From Neocallimastix sp. 'constans' (taxonomy: Eukaryota), in assembly GCA_050613775.1 (NCBI GenBank), contig JBODTK010000001.1, forward strand, positions 868,001 to 932,000: a stretch of DNA of 64,000 bases, read 5' to 3'. The notes below the pieces were generated by a model, which did not search any database, was not told the DNA's origin, and saw nothing but the letters and a program-made list of their open reading frames with translations. This document shows positions 12,150 to 25,618 of this stretch, in pieces. The stretch's first letter is position 1, and every line of letters begins with the position of its first letter. The position numbers and the translations under genes are program-made.

Positions 12150-13630
12150 ATATACTTGTACTTTTATATTATTACATTCAATATTTATTTTATTTTATTT
12201 TATTTTATTCAATCTGTACTTTATATTTATATTCTAGTATTTATTTTATTTTATTCAATCTGTACTTTATATTTATATTCTACTATTTATTTTATTTTAT
12301 TCAATCTGTACTTTATATTTATATTCTACTATTTATTTTATTTTATTCAATCTGTACTTTATATTTATATTCTACTATTTATTTTATTTTATTCAATCTG
12401 TACTTTATATTCATATTTCTACTATTTATTTTATTTTATTTTATTTTATTTTATTCAATCTATACTTTATATTTATATTTCTACTATTTATTTAATTTTA
12501 TTTTATTTTATTTTATTTTATTCAATCTGTGCTTTATATTTATATTTCTACTATTTATTATATTTTATTTTATTTTATTTTATTCAATCTGTACTTTATA
12601 TTTATATTTCTACTATTTATTTTATTTTTTTTTATTTTATTTTATTTTATTCAATTTGTGCTTTATATTTATATTTCTACTATTTATTTTATTTTATTTT
12701 ATTTTATTTTATTTTATTTTATTTTATTTTATTTTATTTTATTTTATTTTATTTTATTCAATCTGTAATTTATATTCATATTTCTACTATTTATTTTATT
12801 TTATTTTATTTTATTTTATTTTATTTTATTTTATTTTATTTTATTTTATTTTATTTTATTTTATTTTATTTTATTTTATTTTATTTTATTTTATTTTATT
12901 TTATTTTATTTTATTTTATTTTATTCAATCTGTAATTTATATTCATATTTCTACTATTTATTTTATTTTATTTTATTTTATTTTATTTTATTTTATTTTA
13001 TTTTATTTTATTTTATTTTATTTTATTTTATTTTATTTTATTTTATTTTATTTTATTTTATTTTATTTTATTTTATTTTATTTTATTTTATTTTATTCAA
13101 TCTGTAATTTATATTCATATTTCTACTATTTATTTTATTTTATTTTATTTTATTTTATTTTATTTTATTTTATTCAATCTGTAATTTATATTCATATTTC
13201 TACTATTTATTTTATTTTATTTTATTTTATTTTATTTTATTCAATCTGTAATTTATATTCATATTTCTACTATTTATTTTATTTTATTTTATTTTATTTT
13301 ATTTTATTTTATTTTATTTTATTTTATTTTATTTTATTCAATCTGTAATTTATATTCATATTTCTACTATTTATTTTATTTTATTTTATTTTATTTTATT
13401 TTATTTTATTTTATTCAATCTGTAATTTATATTCATATTTCTACTATTTATTTTATTTTATTTTATTTTATTTTATTTTATTTTATTTTATTTTATTTTA
13501 TTTTATTTTATTTTATTTTATTTTATTTTATTTTATTTTATTTTATTTTATTTTATTTTATTTTATTTTATTTTATTTTATTTTATTTTATTTTATTTTA
13601 TTTTATTTTTTTTTATTTTATTTTATTTTA
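12150..13630 (-). repeat. Same minisatellite in inverted orientation, roughly 15-20 units with (TTTTA)n spacers
   Basis: Repeated ATTCAATCTGTA(A/C)TTTATATT(C/T)ATATTTCTACTATTT, with (TTTTA)n tracts that tend to lengthen toward the right. This explains the spurious FILFY ORFs. Confidence 0.95.
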
Positions 13631-13784
13631 CTTGTATTTACTATTGCATTCTTTATTTATTTATTATTTTTTTTTACAAATAATTGAAAAACTAATTTTT
13701 CAAAATTAGTATTTAGAATAATATTAGATAATTAATGTAATAATTTTAATTATATAATTAAAAAATATTTATAAAAATATAGAA

Positions 13785-14805
13785 ATGGAAAAAAATCTTA
13801 TTATTGATATAAGTGAGTCTAACAAAGGAAAAAAATAAATTATTATTAATAAAAAATATAAATTTAATATATAAGAAAAGATAATTCAAAAGTTTATGTA
13901 CAGAAATAAATGTAAATCTTTTATTATTTTAAATGATAAGAAAGAAATCTTAAAATATGATAGTTCACATAATCATCCTGAAAAAAAATACGATGTATCT
14001 CTATCTATAATGAAACATAAAATTAAAGATACAATTGAAAAAAGTTCAATTGTATAAAAATAAAACCCCTATATAATAAAATTTTTAAAGAAATGAGATT
14101 TATATGTCCAGAATATAATTCAATTAAATCCTAAATATCAAAAAATTTAAATAAAAACTACCATCCAATGTAACAACATTTACTGAAATTCCTAATGAAT
14201 CTAAATATTATAAAACAAAGTGAGGTGAAAATTTTATGATATTCAAAAAATATTAATTTAATAATTTTTCAATCTCTTTTTCAAGTAAAATTATTTAGGG
14301 TATATAATGATGATATATTTGTTGATGGTTCATTTTTTATTGCCCTTAAATTTAGTTATCAAATATTTATTGCAAGAACTTACACTAAAGAATTAGATAG
14401 TTTTTACACTACTTCTTTTGCAGCATTACAAAATAAAGAACAAGAAACATATAAAATATTTAAAAAATTAAAAAAAAAAATGCTAATACATGTAACAATA
14501 ATATTTTAATTGCAGAATCAATAATTATTTAAATAATTTATTTCCAACAATACCATCTTATTATGAATTAATAGATAAATTAAATAAACTTGAACATTTA
14601 CCATATTATGATTATCAAAGAAAAATAAGAGGAATTTGGAAAATAAAAAAAACACCAATAAATAAAGCTAATAAAATCAGTGTCTTAATTGAACGCTACA
14701 AAAATATTGAAACCAAGTTAATTGATACTAAATGTGATAGAAATAATACTATTAATTTGTGGTTTGATTGTTTAACTAATTTAAATAATATAATATAAAT
14801 ATTAT
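13785..14805 (+). mobile_element. Degenerate Mutator-like (MULE) transposase with FLYWCH-type N-terminus
   Basis: MEKNLIIDISESNKGKK*IIINKKYKFN...KCKSFIILNDKKEILKYDSSHNHPE is a FLYWCH-like C..HNH segment. YNDDIFVDGSFFIALKFSYQIFIARTY..SFYTTSFAALQNKEQETY (from about 14303) matches the first catalytic Asp region of MULE transposases. Stops, frameshifts and an apparent internal deletion near 14520. Confidence 0.8.
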
Positions 14806-15699
14806 TTTATAATAAATAATTAAAAAATGAGGAATAACCAAACGAAATAATCAGAATTCTGTCATTCAAAAATTTAATTTATAAAGCTTATTAAATTTAT
14901 ACAGTTTAAATAAATATTCAAATACGTCTCTATAATTAATAATTTTATCATTATAATTATTATTTTTTTAATAACATTTAAATAAAAGAATTATTATTAA
15001 TAATATTTATATTTTTAATAACATTTATATTTTTATATAATTTTTTTATTAATAACATTTAAATAAAAGAATTAAAATCATAAAATCTAACCATTATATG
15101 ATTTATTTAATTATTCTCTTAATAATTAATTTAAAATTTGAAATAGCAAAATAATACAATAAAATAATATTATGTAGTATAAAATATTTATAGCCACAAA
15201 TTTTATATATCACGTGAAAAATGGCGTAATGCAACCTCCCCATTATTTCTTTTGAAATAGTTATTTAATAATATTTAATTGAAAAAATATATTATTATTT
15301 CTTTTAAAATAATAATTATTTATTTATGATTGTATAAAATATCTTTAAAATGTATGGCTTTATTTTAAAGGTTTATAAGCCACATCGAGAAATGCACTAC
15401 AATCTTAACGTATAAAATTGTCATAACCCTTTATGAATTATTATAAAAATTTAACCCTTTAAATAGATTTTATCTTTATATAAATTTTATGAATATATAA
15501 TGTAATAAGGTAATAAGAGTTGGGAATTTAGTGTTTATAATTGGAAATATAATGAATATATTTAATATTACAATATAAAATATAAATAAAATAAATAATA
15601 TGTAGTATGTAATAAAAATAATTAATGCAAAATGAATTTATTTAATTTAATAATTATACAAAATATATATATATATAAAAAAATTAAAAAAAAAAAAAA

Positions 15700-16727
15700 A
15701 CTTTTTCATCAACATAAATACAAGATTCTTTTGGAGTAGTAATATCTATTGCTGAAGAGAATAATTTTAATATTCATCAAATAGATGTAAAAGTAGACTA
15801 TTTATATGCCCATTTGAAGAAAGATATTTATATGAAGATATCTGAAGGAGATTCAAATTTTGGTGGAGGAAAGCATTTTAAATGACAAAACACCTATGTA
15901 TAGATTAAAGCGTACTATAAGAGAAAAGAATGATAATATATAAGTAATACCTTAAAACACTTTGAATCTATAAATTAATTAGCAAACCTTGTATTGTTAT
16001 CAAGAAGAAAATGTTAGTCAATTTGTATGTGTCATAAGAGTATATATAGATGACTTTTTATTTACAGATAAAGATAGATGAAATTAATAAGACACCAAGG
16101 TTAATTAAAGAATAATACTTTGTAACTGATATTGGTAAAAGTAAATTATATTAGAGGTATAAAAATAGAAAATATTTTTAAGGGTTACTTTTTTACATTA
16201 AGAAAGATATCTGGAAGACATACATTTAAAAATTTTAGATTGAAAAATTGTAAATAAAAATAGAACTACCGAACAAAATTTATCTAACAAAAATGATGAT
16301 ATAGAATTATTTGATCCAACGATTTAGAGATCTACCATATAGAAATTTTAATATATATGGCTATTTGTACAAGACCAGATGTTACGCTTTCAGTGAGTAA
16401 AGTAGCTCAGCATTATAAGGAACCAAAGTTAAAAGATTGGAAAAATGTAATAAAAAAAATTTTTTTTTTTTTTTTTGATATTTAAAAGGATTAAAATTAA
16501 AATTATTATGGCATTTTATTTAATGGAGAAAGATGTTTAAGAATATAAGTTGATTCAGATTACGGATTACTCTAATAAAGAAACAAGAAGGCCTACTACA
16601 GGTTATATATATATTTACTTTATGGATTCAAGTCCAACCAGTTGAGACTCAAAGATTTAAAAATGAGTGGTCTCCTCAACTGAATATTATGGATCATATG
16701 AATTCGAAAAATAAATTTTTATGTTAT

Positions 16728-16764
<37 letters not shown>

Positions 16765-16970
16765 GAGAAATAAAAAGTAAAAAAAAAATGTGTAATAGTC
16801 TATAGAGAAAGTCAAACAGCAATCTATAATACAGAAAATAATACAATAAATTCAATAGCAAAACATATCAATATTAAATATCATGAAAATCAGATAATTA
16901 ATAAGAGAAAGTAAATTGGAATTCGAAGATGTATAATCAAGAAATAATAAAGAAGATAGCTTAACAAAAA
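15700..16970 (+). mobile_element. Degenerate Ty1/Copia reverse transcriptase and RNase H
   Basis: NIHQIDVKVDYLYAHLKKDIYMKISEG (QIDVK at 15778-15792), VYIDD (YIDD at 16043-16054), AICTRPDVTLSVSKVAQ, DSDYG, RRPTTGY and AKHINIKYH are all Copia RT/RNase H motifs. Disrupted by stops and poly(T). Confidence 0.92.
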
Positions 16971-17564
16971 ACAAAATATTTAAATAATATTTAAATATAT
17001 TTAAATTTTAAATATATATGAATAATATATAGGTAAAAATAATCAATGTAAAATGTATTTATTTAATAATTATTAATATTTTATTATTTAAGAACAAAAA
17101 AAAAAATAAAAATTTTCATTTCTAATTTTTTAAAATTTTAGGTTAGTGAAGATATTTATTTATATATAAAAATAAAAAAAAAAAATTTTTACATTGTAAA
17201 CATATTATTATAAATTTATTAATAAAGTGTTATTTTATATATCCAATAGTTTTTTGTACGTTTGAATGTTTAATTTTCTTTTTTATTAATAAATTAATTT
17301 TTACAATAATTATGTTAACTTTATTTTTATAAAGATTTACAAATATTATATTATTCTAAATTACAAACTTTTATATCAGATATATTATGTCTTGTACATT
17401 ATATTAATTACATTATACTATGTTTTATTAATTATGTACTTAACATATTTTAACAAAAAAAAAATAAGTTCAATATATTTTAATGGCCAAAAAAATTAAA
17501 AAAATCAATTATTAAAAAAAAAAAAAAAATTTATAATTTAAAGTTTAAATATTTATAAAATGTT

Positions 17565-17597
<33 letters not shown>

Positions 17598-17857
17598 AAT
17601 AATTTAATATATTAATATATTCATATTAAAATTTTTAAATTTTTAAATTTATTTTGTTAAATAATATATATTTTTTAATTAAGAAATATTATTTCTTTAT
17701 CATTATTTGAATATTATCAATTTCTTTTTTATGTTTAACATTAATATAAAAACAAAAAAGCAAAAAACAAAAACGAAAAAATAAAATATATTATTTATTT
17801 CTTTTATTTGAATATATTAATGTATTCTATATATTATTAATTTAAATAATATATATT

Positions 17858-17901
<44 letters not shown>

Positions 17902-18016
17902 ATTTCTTATATTCATATATTTTAATTTAATTTAATTTTATTTAATTTTTTTTTATATTTATTTATTTATTATTTATTACTTTCTTTTAATATAATAAAA
18001 AAAAAGAAAAAGAAAA

Positions 18017-18468
18017 ATGTTTGAAAATAATTCACATTCTCATTCATTAAAGAGTAATTATACACAAACTCTATTATTTGAAAATTCAAAACGTAGAAAG
18101 GAAGATATTGACCAAAAAGATAATAATTTTGATTTTTTATACGATAATGATGATATAGTTACCTCAAATAATTCAATAACTGCCATAGGAAATGAACTTT
18201 CAACGGAAGTAACAGTGAAAAAAAGAGTCATACCTATATTACAACAAGTTACAAAAGATAATATTAATGATTTGAGAACCGTTTATGCTTTAACCTTTCC
18301 ATTAACATATACTAGTGATTTTTATAGTGATATTTTAAATATATATCCAAAGGAATTATCCCGTGTTGGTAAATTTTATTTTAATTATAATATTAATAGT
18401 AATAATAAATATTATATAAATATTATATATAATTAAAAGTATGAAATTTGAAAAAATTTGATATTTTA

Positions 18469-18516
<48 letters not shown>

Positions 18517-18767
18517 TTAAGCAATATATAATAATGTTGTTGTTGGAGGAATATGTTGTAGATTGGAAAAAAAATCTTTAAGAGATATTAAACAAGAATT
18601 CCCAAAAACTTCTACTGAATATGGATTATCATTTACTCAACAAATTAATAAATTAAATTCTTTAAAATTAATAAATTCTTATTCATGTTATATTATGGCA
18701 ATTGCTATTTTAGAACCTTATCAAAATCTATCCATTGGTAATAATAATAATAATAATAATAATAGTG

Positions 18768-18813
<46 letters not shown>

Positions 18814-19154
18814 GGAATAAATTTATTTCATTTCAATATCATAATATAATTATTTTATTGATTTATATATTTATATAATAATAATGTAACGAATAAATGA
18901 AATATAAAATATACAATAAATATAATATTTATTATATTAATTTAGGTAGTGAACTTATGTCTTATATAATAAACTATTGTGAAAATAATGAAAATATAAG
19001 TTCAATTAACCTTCATGTTCATGTAAAAAATGAAAAAGCTATTAAATTTTATAAAAAATATGGATTCTATGAAAAAGATTTTATAAAGGGTTACTACTAT
19101 AATCCAAATATTATACCACCTGATGTATACTATTTCCAAAAAGATTTAAAATAA
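18017..19154 (+). CDS. GNAT N-terminal acetyltransferase, NAA50/Nat5-like; 3 exons (18017-18368, 18522-18737, 18946-19154), about 258 aa
   Basis: Splicing gives TFPLTYTSDFYSDIL..SRVAIYNNVVVGGICCRLE..YIMAIAILEPYQNLSIGSELM..INLHVHVKNEKAIKFYKKYGF..YY..PPDVYYFQKDLK, collinear with NAA50 motifs. All introns are GT-AG and phase-consistent; total 777 nt. Confidence 0.88.
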
Positions 19155-19876
19155 TAAAATAATATACGTATAAAATATATATATATATATTTCTGTTAAA
19201 TTCAAAAAAAAAAAAAAAAAATTAAAAAATAAAAAAAAAAAAAAAAAGGCTAAAATAATATATATATATATAAATTATTTAAAAAACATGTATATATAAA
19301 AACAATTAATATTATAAGAAAGAAAGAAAGAAAAATAGATAAAAATTTTTGTATTTATATATTTCACTATCTATCTTTTTAAACTATAGTTCAAATATTA
19401 ATCTTGTACTTAATCATAATAATAAAAATTATTTAATAATTAATAAATACAAAAAAGAAATTAAAAGAATATTTTTGATATTAAATACATATATATATGG
19501 GTAATGGTAATAGGTATTTTTAATAAATAAATTTATTTTTTATTTCTTTTTATTTATTTATTTATTAAATGTTAATTATTTTTTTATTTAAGCTTTTTTT
19601 TTTTTATAATTAATTTAATTTATTAATTGCAGATTAATATTAAAATTTTTAATAGGTGTATTTTTAATTTAAATAGAATTGTTAATTTATAGTTATTACT
19701 ATTTTGTTATTTATGCTTTTAGTTATTATTATTATTGTATTGAAATTGAAATTACATCAATAACATTTTTTTTTTTTTTTTTTAAAAAAAATATAATCGT
19801 TTGTTTAATAATAAAATAATACTATGAGATATTGATATTTATTATTTCGTTATTATTTTTAATTATTATTCTGTTT

Positions 19877-20897
19877 TTAAAAACCATAATCTTCATCGTC
19901 TGAGTCATCGTCAAGATATCTTCTTCTGTTGTACTATTTTTATTAAAAATTAATAGTATTTTATTTAATATAATATAATAAAATAATTATTTATTATCAT
20001 TATTATCATTATTTATATATATTTATATTGTAAAGATATATATATCTTTGAAAAAATATTTATTTTTATAAATATTTAAAAAAATATTTATATTATTTTT
20101 TTATTATTATATAATGACAATAATACTTACAACAATTTTGGTTTCTTTTTTGGTTTCATTCATTTGTTCAAGTAAATCAATGAGTTGAGTTTCATTAATT
20201 TTAGTAGTAAGTCTACCACTACGAGCCATACCTAAAATGTAATCTTCTACAGCACGAGCTTTTTCTGGCTTGACAATAGCAATTCTTGAAACTATTAAAT
20301 GATAAATAAAAATAAATAATGGATAATAAATTAAATATATTAATACATTAACTTAAAAACTATTTCTATTTAATTTATATATATATATATTTTAAATAAT
20401 AATATAAATATAAATATTATTGTTATTATTTTAATTATATTTTAATTATTTAAAAAAAAAAAAAAATACTTCTTTCACGAGCACTGTTATCTAATACTTG
20501 AGCTAACTATTTATACATAAATTATAAATATATGTTATATTATTATTATTATTATTTATACAACTTTTAATATATATATATATTTTTTTCTTTTTAAAAA
20601 TTATTTTGATGATGTATTTACCAAGTTTCTTCTCATATCTTCAATTTGACTAATAATATAATAATATATAAAGAATATTTATATTTATTAATAAGTTTAA
20701 CCATTACCTTATTTTATATATACAACAATTATAAATAAAATATATTTATTACCTTTTTTTTTCTTCTTCTTCACTTGGTGTTGGTCCTTCACCACCGAAA
20801 CCGGATAAACCACCTCCCATACCAGAGGAAGCCTGTTTATGGATATTTAATATTTTTTATTTTATTTTATTTTATTTTATTTTTTTTTTTTAATTTA

Positions 20898-20928
<31 letters not shown>

Positions 20929-21174
20929 TATTTATTTATTTTTTATTTTTTTTTTAAAAAAAAAATAGAATAATTAGATTAAAATTGTCAATACATCTTG
21001 ATATTATTTTTATTTTTTTATTTTTTACATTTAATTTTTATACTCATTATAATAATAGTAATATTAAAAGTATAAAAAAAATATTATATTCATTTTTCTT
21101 CATACTTTTTATAAGTTTACCTTTAATTCAGCTAATCTTCTTTCACGAATTGCTCTAAGTTCACTATCATCCAT
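19877..21174 (-). CDS. PDCD5: PDCD5/SDD2 (TFAR19) family protein; 6 exons (21174-21121, 20832-20753, 20649-20622, 20506-20470, 20291-20131, 19933-19877), 138 aa
   Basis: Spliced product: MDDSELRAIRERRLAELK ASSGMGG..EEEEKKSQIEDMRRNLLAQVLDNSARERISRIAIVKPEKARAVEDYILGMARSGRLTTKINETQLIDLLEQMNETKKETKIVYNRRRYLDDDSDDEDYGF*. All five introns are GT-AG and phase-compatible; total 417 nt. Confidence 0.95.
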
Positions 21175-22126
21175 GGTAAAACAATTAATATTATTACTAT
21201 TAATAGATATATAAAAATATTATAAAGAAAAAAAAGAAAAAAAAGAAATTTTATATATACATTTATAATTAATTAAATATATTAAAAGTAATACAAAATT
21301 TTTAATTTATTTAATATATATTACAAAAAAATAAATTGTATTTAATATAAAGATTCCATATAATTATTATTATTATATAATTTATTATATATAAAAGAAA
21401 AAAAAAGAATAGAAAATCTATTAAAAGCCTATTATAAACCTAACCACACATTCAATATATATTGTGAAGAATAATGAAAAAATATTATATAAATTAACAA
21501 AGAATAATAAATATTTTAGAAATTAAACTATATATATATATATCTATTTATTATTATTATAATTATATACTTATAATAATAATAAATTATATACTTTATG
21601 AGCATTATTTATTTTGTTGATTTTTTAAATTAAAAATAAAAATTATCGATAAACAATAATATCAAAGATATTAATACTTAGATAATAAAAAAATATTAAT
21701 AAATATATTAATATAAACTTTTATTATTATTATTTGATTATAATATGTTATTGAAGGAATTAATTAATTGCTTGAATATATTCATAAGAAATAAAAAATT
21801 ATTTTTTTATTTAAATGCTAATCAAATATAAATAATTAATATAACATAATAATTATTACTATTATTATTTTAATTTATTAATATAAATAAAAATTTGATA
21901 CTATATATATTAAAATAATTATAGAAAAGATTATTTATATAATATTATTAATATTTAATAGTTTGTATGTTTGTATATGTATATATTTATATAAGAATAT
22001 TTTATATATTAATACTTAAATGGGTTTATTATTATAAATATCAGAATTCAATTTTCTTTTACTAATATTCGAAGTTAAAATTGATTTATATTAACATGTA
22101 ACTATTTTTATGCTTTTTGTATTATT

Positions 22127-22163
<37 letters not shown>

Positions 22164-22319
22164 TTTCATACAAAATTAATATATATATATATATATAATA
22201 AAATTTTTATAAATCAAATGTTTTAAATAATAATAAGGTTGAAAAAAATAAAAAAAGTAGATAGATAATGTTATAATTATTTTTTAAATATTTACTTTGT
22301 TAATATGTGAAATAAAAAT

Positions 22320-23090
22320 AAAATAAAATAAAATAAAATAAAATAAAATAAAATAAATAGTTGTAATATGAATAAAAAGTACAGATTTAATAAAATAAAA
22401 TAAAATAAAATAATATAAAATAAATAGTAGAAATATGAATATAAAGTACAGATTTAATAAAATAAAATAAAATAAAATAAAATAAAATAAATAGTAGAAA
22501 TATGAATATAAAGTACAGATTTAATAAAATAAAATAAAATAAAATAAAATAAAATAAATAGTAGAAATATGAATATAAAGTACAGATTTAATAAAATAAA
22601 ATAAAATAAAATAAAATAAAATAAATAGTAGAAATATGAATATAAAGTACAGATTTAATAAAATAAAATAAAATAAAATAAAATAAAATAAAATAAAATA
22701 AAATAAAATAAAATAAAATAAAATAAAATAAAATAAAATAAAATAAAATAAAATAAAATAAAATAAAATAAAATAAAATAAAATAAAATAAAATAAAATA
22801 AAATAAAATAAAATAAAATAAAATAAAATAAAATAAAATAAAATAAAATAAAATAAAATAAAATAAAATAAAATAAAATAAAATAAAATAAAATAAAATA
22901 AAATAAAATAAAATAAAATAAAATAAAATAAATAGTAGAAATATGAATATAAAGTACAGATTTAATAAAATAAAATAAAATAAAATAAAATAAAATAAAA
23001 TAAAATAAAATAAAATAAAATAAAATAAAATAAAATAAAATAAAATAAAATAAATAGTGGAAATATAAATGTAAAGCACAAATTAAATAC
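22320..23090 (+). repeat. Third array of the same minisatellite, upstream of squalene synthase
   Basis: About 7 copies of AAATAGTAGAAATATGAATATAAAGTACAGATTTAAT with (AAAAT)n spacers, one of them about 270 bp long. Confidence 0.95.
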
Positions 23091-23485
23091 TATAAAATTA
23101 AATGAAATAAAAATATCTATATAAAATTACATATATATTTTACATATGTAAAATCTTTTAAATTTTTAAAATAAAAGTTACTTCAACTTTAATGATTTTT
23201 TTAATTATTTTTTTTATAATGGTATAGCCTTTTTTTTATTTTATTTCAGCATTCCACATTTTTTTTTTCTCCATAATCATTCATTTAATTATTTATAATT
23301 ATTTTTTTTTAATAAATATGAACTGATTCCTTAATTAACCAATCAACTCGTAAATACTTGTGTAACCTTATTAATCGAAAAGTTTTAAAACAAAAATCTT
23401 AAACTCAATAATATAAAAATAAAATTCATATTATTATAATTAAAATAATTTAATAATGAATGATTAAAAATTAATTATTTTTATA

Positions 23486-23533
<48 letters not shown>

Positions 23534-23551
23534 AAATAAATAAATAAATAA

Positions 23552-23591
<40 letters not shown>

Positions 23592-23605
23592 AAATAAATA
23601 AATAA

Positions 23606-23644
<39 letters not shown>

Positions 23645-23931
23645 AATAAACAATTTTAAAACTTTTATCAAATATATTGAAGTCATATTCAATAATATAT
23701 TATTTAATATTCATCAAATAAATAAAAAATATGGATTATTTTATCAGAGAATATACTGATAAAATAATTCATATTTTTTATTTATTTTTATTTTTGTTTT
23801 TTTTATTTATTTTATTATTATTCCTTTTTTTTTTTTTTTTTTTCTATATTTTAATAATATTTTGATAAAAAAAAAAAAAAAAAAAAAAAGAAAAATTGAA
23901 GTATTAAATAATAATATAAATAATTGTCGAA

Positions 23932-25582
23932 ATGTCATCTGATATAGCTACTTTAATTAAATCTATTCAATACCCAACTGAATTTGTTGAACTCATTAAA
24001 TATAAATTAAATAATGAAGATCCAACTTTAGCTTTCAGAGATATTAACAATTGTCCACCAAAAGATGATGAAAAGTATATTGATTTTATGAATTATTATC
24101 TTTTAGGTTTAACTTCTAGATCTTTTGCTCGTGTTATTCAAGAACTTACACCAGAATTAAAGGATGTCGTTTGTGTCTTTTACTTAGTTTTACGTGGTTT
24201 AGATACTATCGAAGATGATATGACTATTGAAGTCAATAAGAAGATCAACTTATTAAAAAATTTCCACACTTATAATTATCAAAAAGGTATATATAATATA
24301 TATATATATAAATTTATAATTAAATATATACCATTATATTATATAATATATTTATAGTTATAAATATCGAGGAATATTTATTTAAATTTATTTCAAAGTT
24401 TAAATTAAAAAAATTGAAATGAGGAAATTTTTTTTAAAAAAAAAAGGAAATTTTATTTAATAAATATTGAATGAAATATAATAATAATAATAATCTAAAA
24501 TTACACTTTATTTATAAAAATATAATATTATAATATTATAAAAATTCAATGTATATATATATATATTCATTTTTTTTATACATGCTGTTTCAATTATATA
24601 ATAAATTAAAATTATAAAAATGAATTAAACGATAAAATATTAATTAACCATTTAAAATTTTGAAATTAATATATAATTAATATTAAGGATGGACTTTCAC
24701 TGAAAGTGGTCCAAACGAAAAAGATAGAGTTTTATTAGAACAATATGATGTTGTTATTGAAAAATTTCTTCAATTAGATCCAAAGTAAGCATTTTTTTTT
24801 TTTTATAAAATAATTATAACTTTATCATTTTAACATTTCAAAATTTCAAAATTTTTAACCATAATAATTTTTATAAAATTTATATATATAATTTAATATT
24901 TCTAATTTTTTTATTCATTATATATTTATTCCCTTTTTTTAATATTTTTTTCTTTTTTATATTTTATAATTATAATTATCATTTATAACATTAATTTATA
25001 ATATTATAACATTATAACATTATAATATAATATATATATATATATATATTTTTTTTTTTTAAAAAAAAAAAGATATCAAACTATTATTGATGATATTTGT
25101 CAAAAGATGGGAGAAGGTATGAGTGAATTCTGTAAAAATGACAAACCTTCCACTATTGAAAATTATTACTTATATACTTATTATGTAGCTGGTTTAGTCG
25201 GTCTTGGTTTATCAAGAATTTTCTCTGCTTCTGGTTTAGAAGATCCATCAGTTGCTGAAAAGACTGAACTTGCTGATTCTATGGGTCGTTTCCTTCAAAA
25301 GACTAATATTATTAGAGATTTCTTAGAAGATTATGAAGATGGTAGAAAATTCTGGCCAGATGAAGTTTGGAAGAAGTTCAATCCAGAAGATACTGAAAAT
25401 GATATTGGTATTTTACTTAAAGAAAAATACAAGGGATGTGCCATGGCTACCTTAAATTATTTATGTATTGATGCATTCCAACATGTTATTGATGTCTTAG
25501 AATATCTTTCTTCCTTAAAGGATCAAACTATCTTTAATTTCTGTGCCATTCCACAAGTAAATCTATATATATATATATATAT

Positions 25583-25618
<36 letters not shown>

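Noticed and set aside
12156..13348. Long hydrophobic ORFs (FILFY repeats), also 22588-23079, 46706-47047, 48860-49249 and 58759-59355
   Set aside because: These are translations of microsatellites or T-rich tracts that lack stops by composition.
12150..13450. CRISPR-like pattern of a conserved 35-bp repeat with variable spacers
   Set aside because: The spacers are only (TTTTA)n of variable length, not unique sequences. The context is eukaryotic and there are no cas genes.
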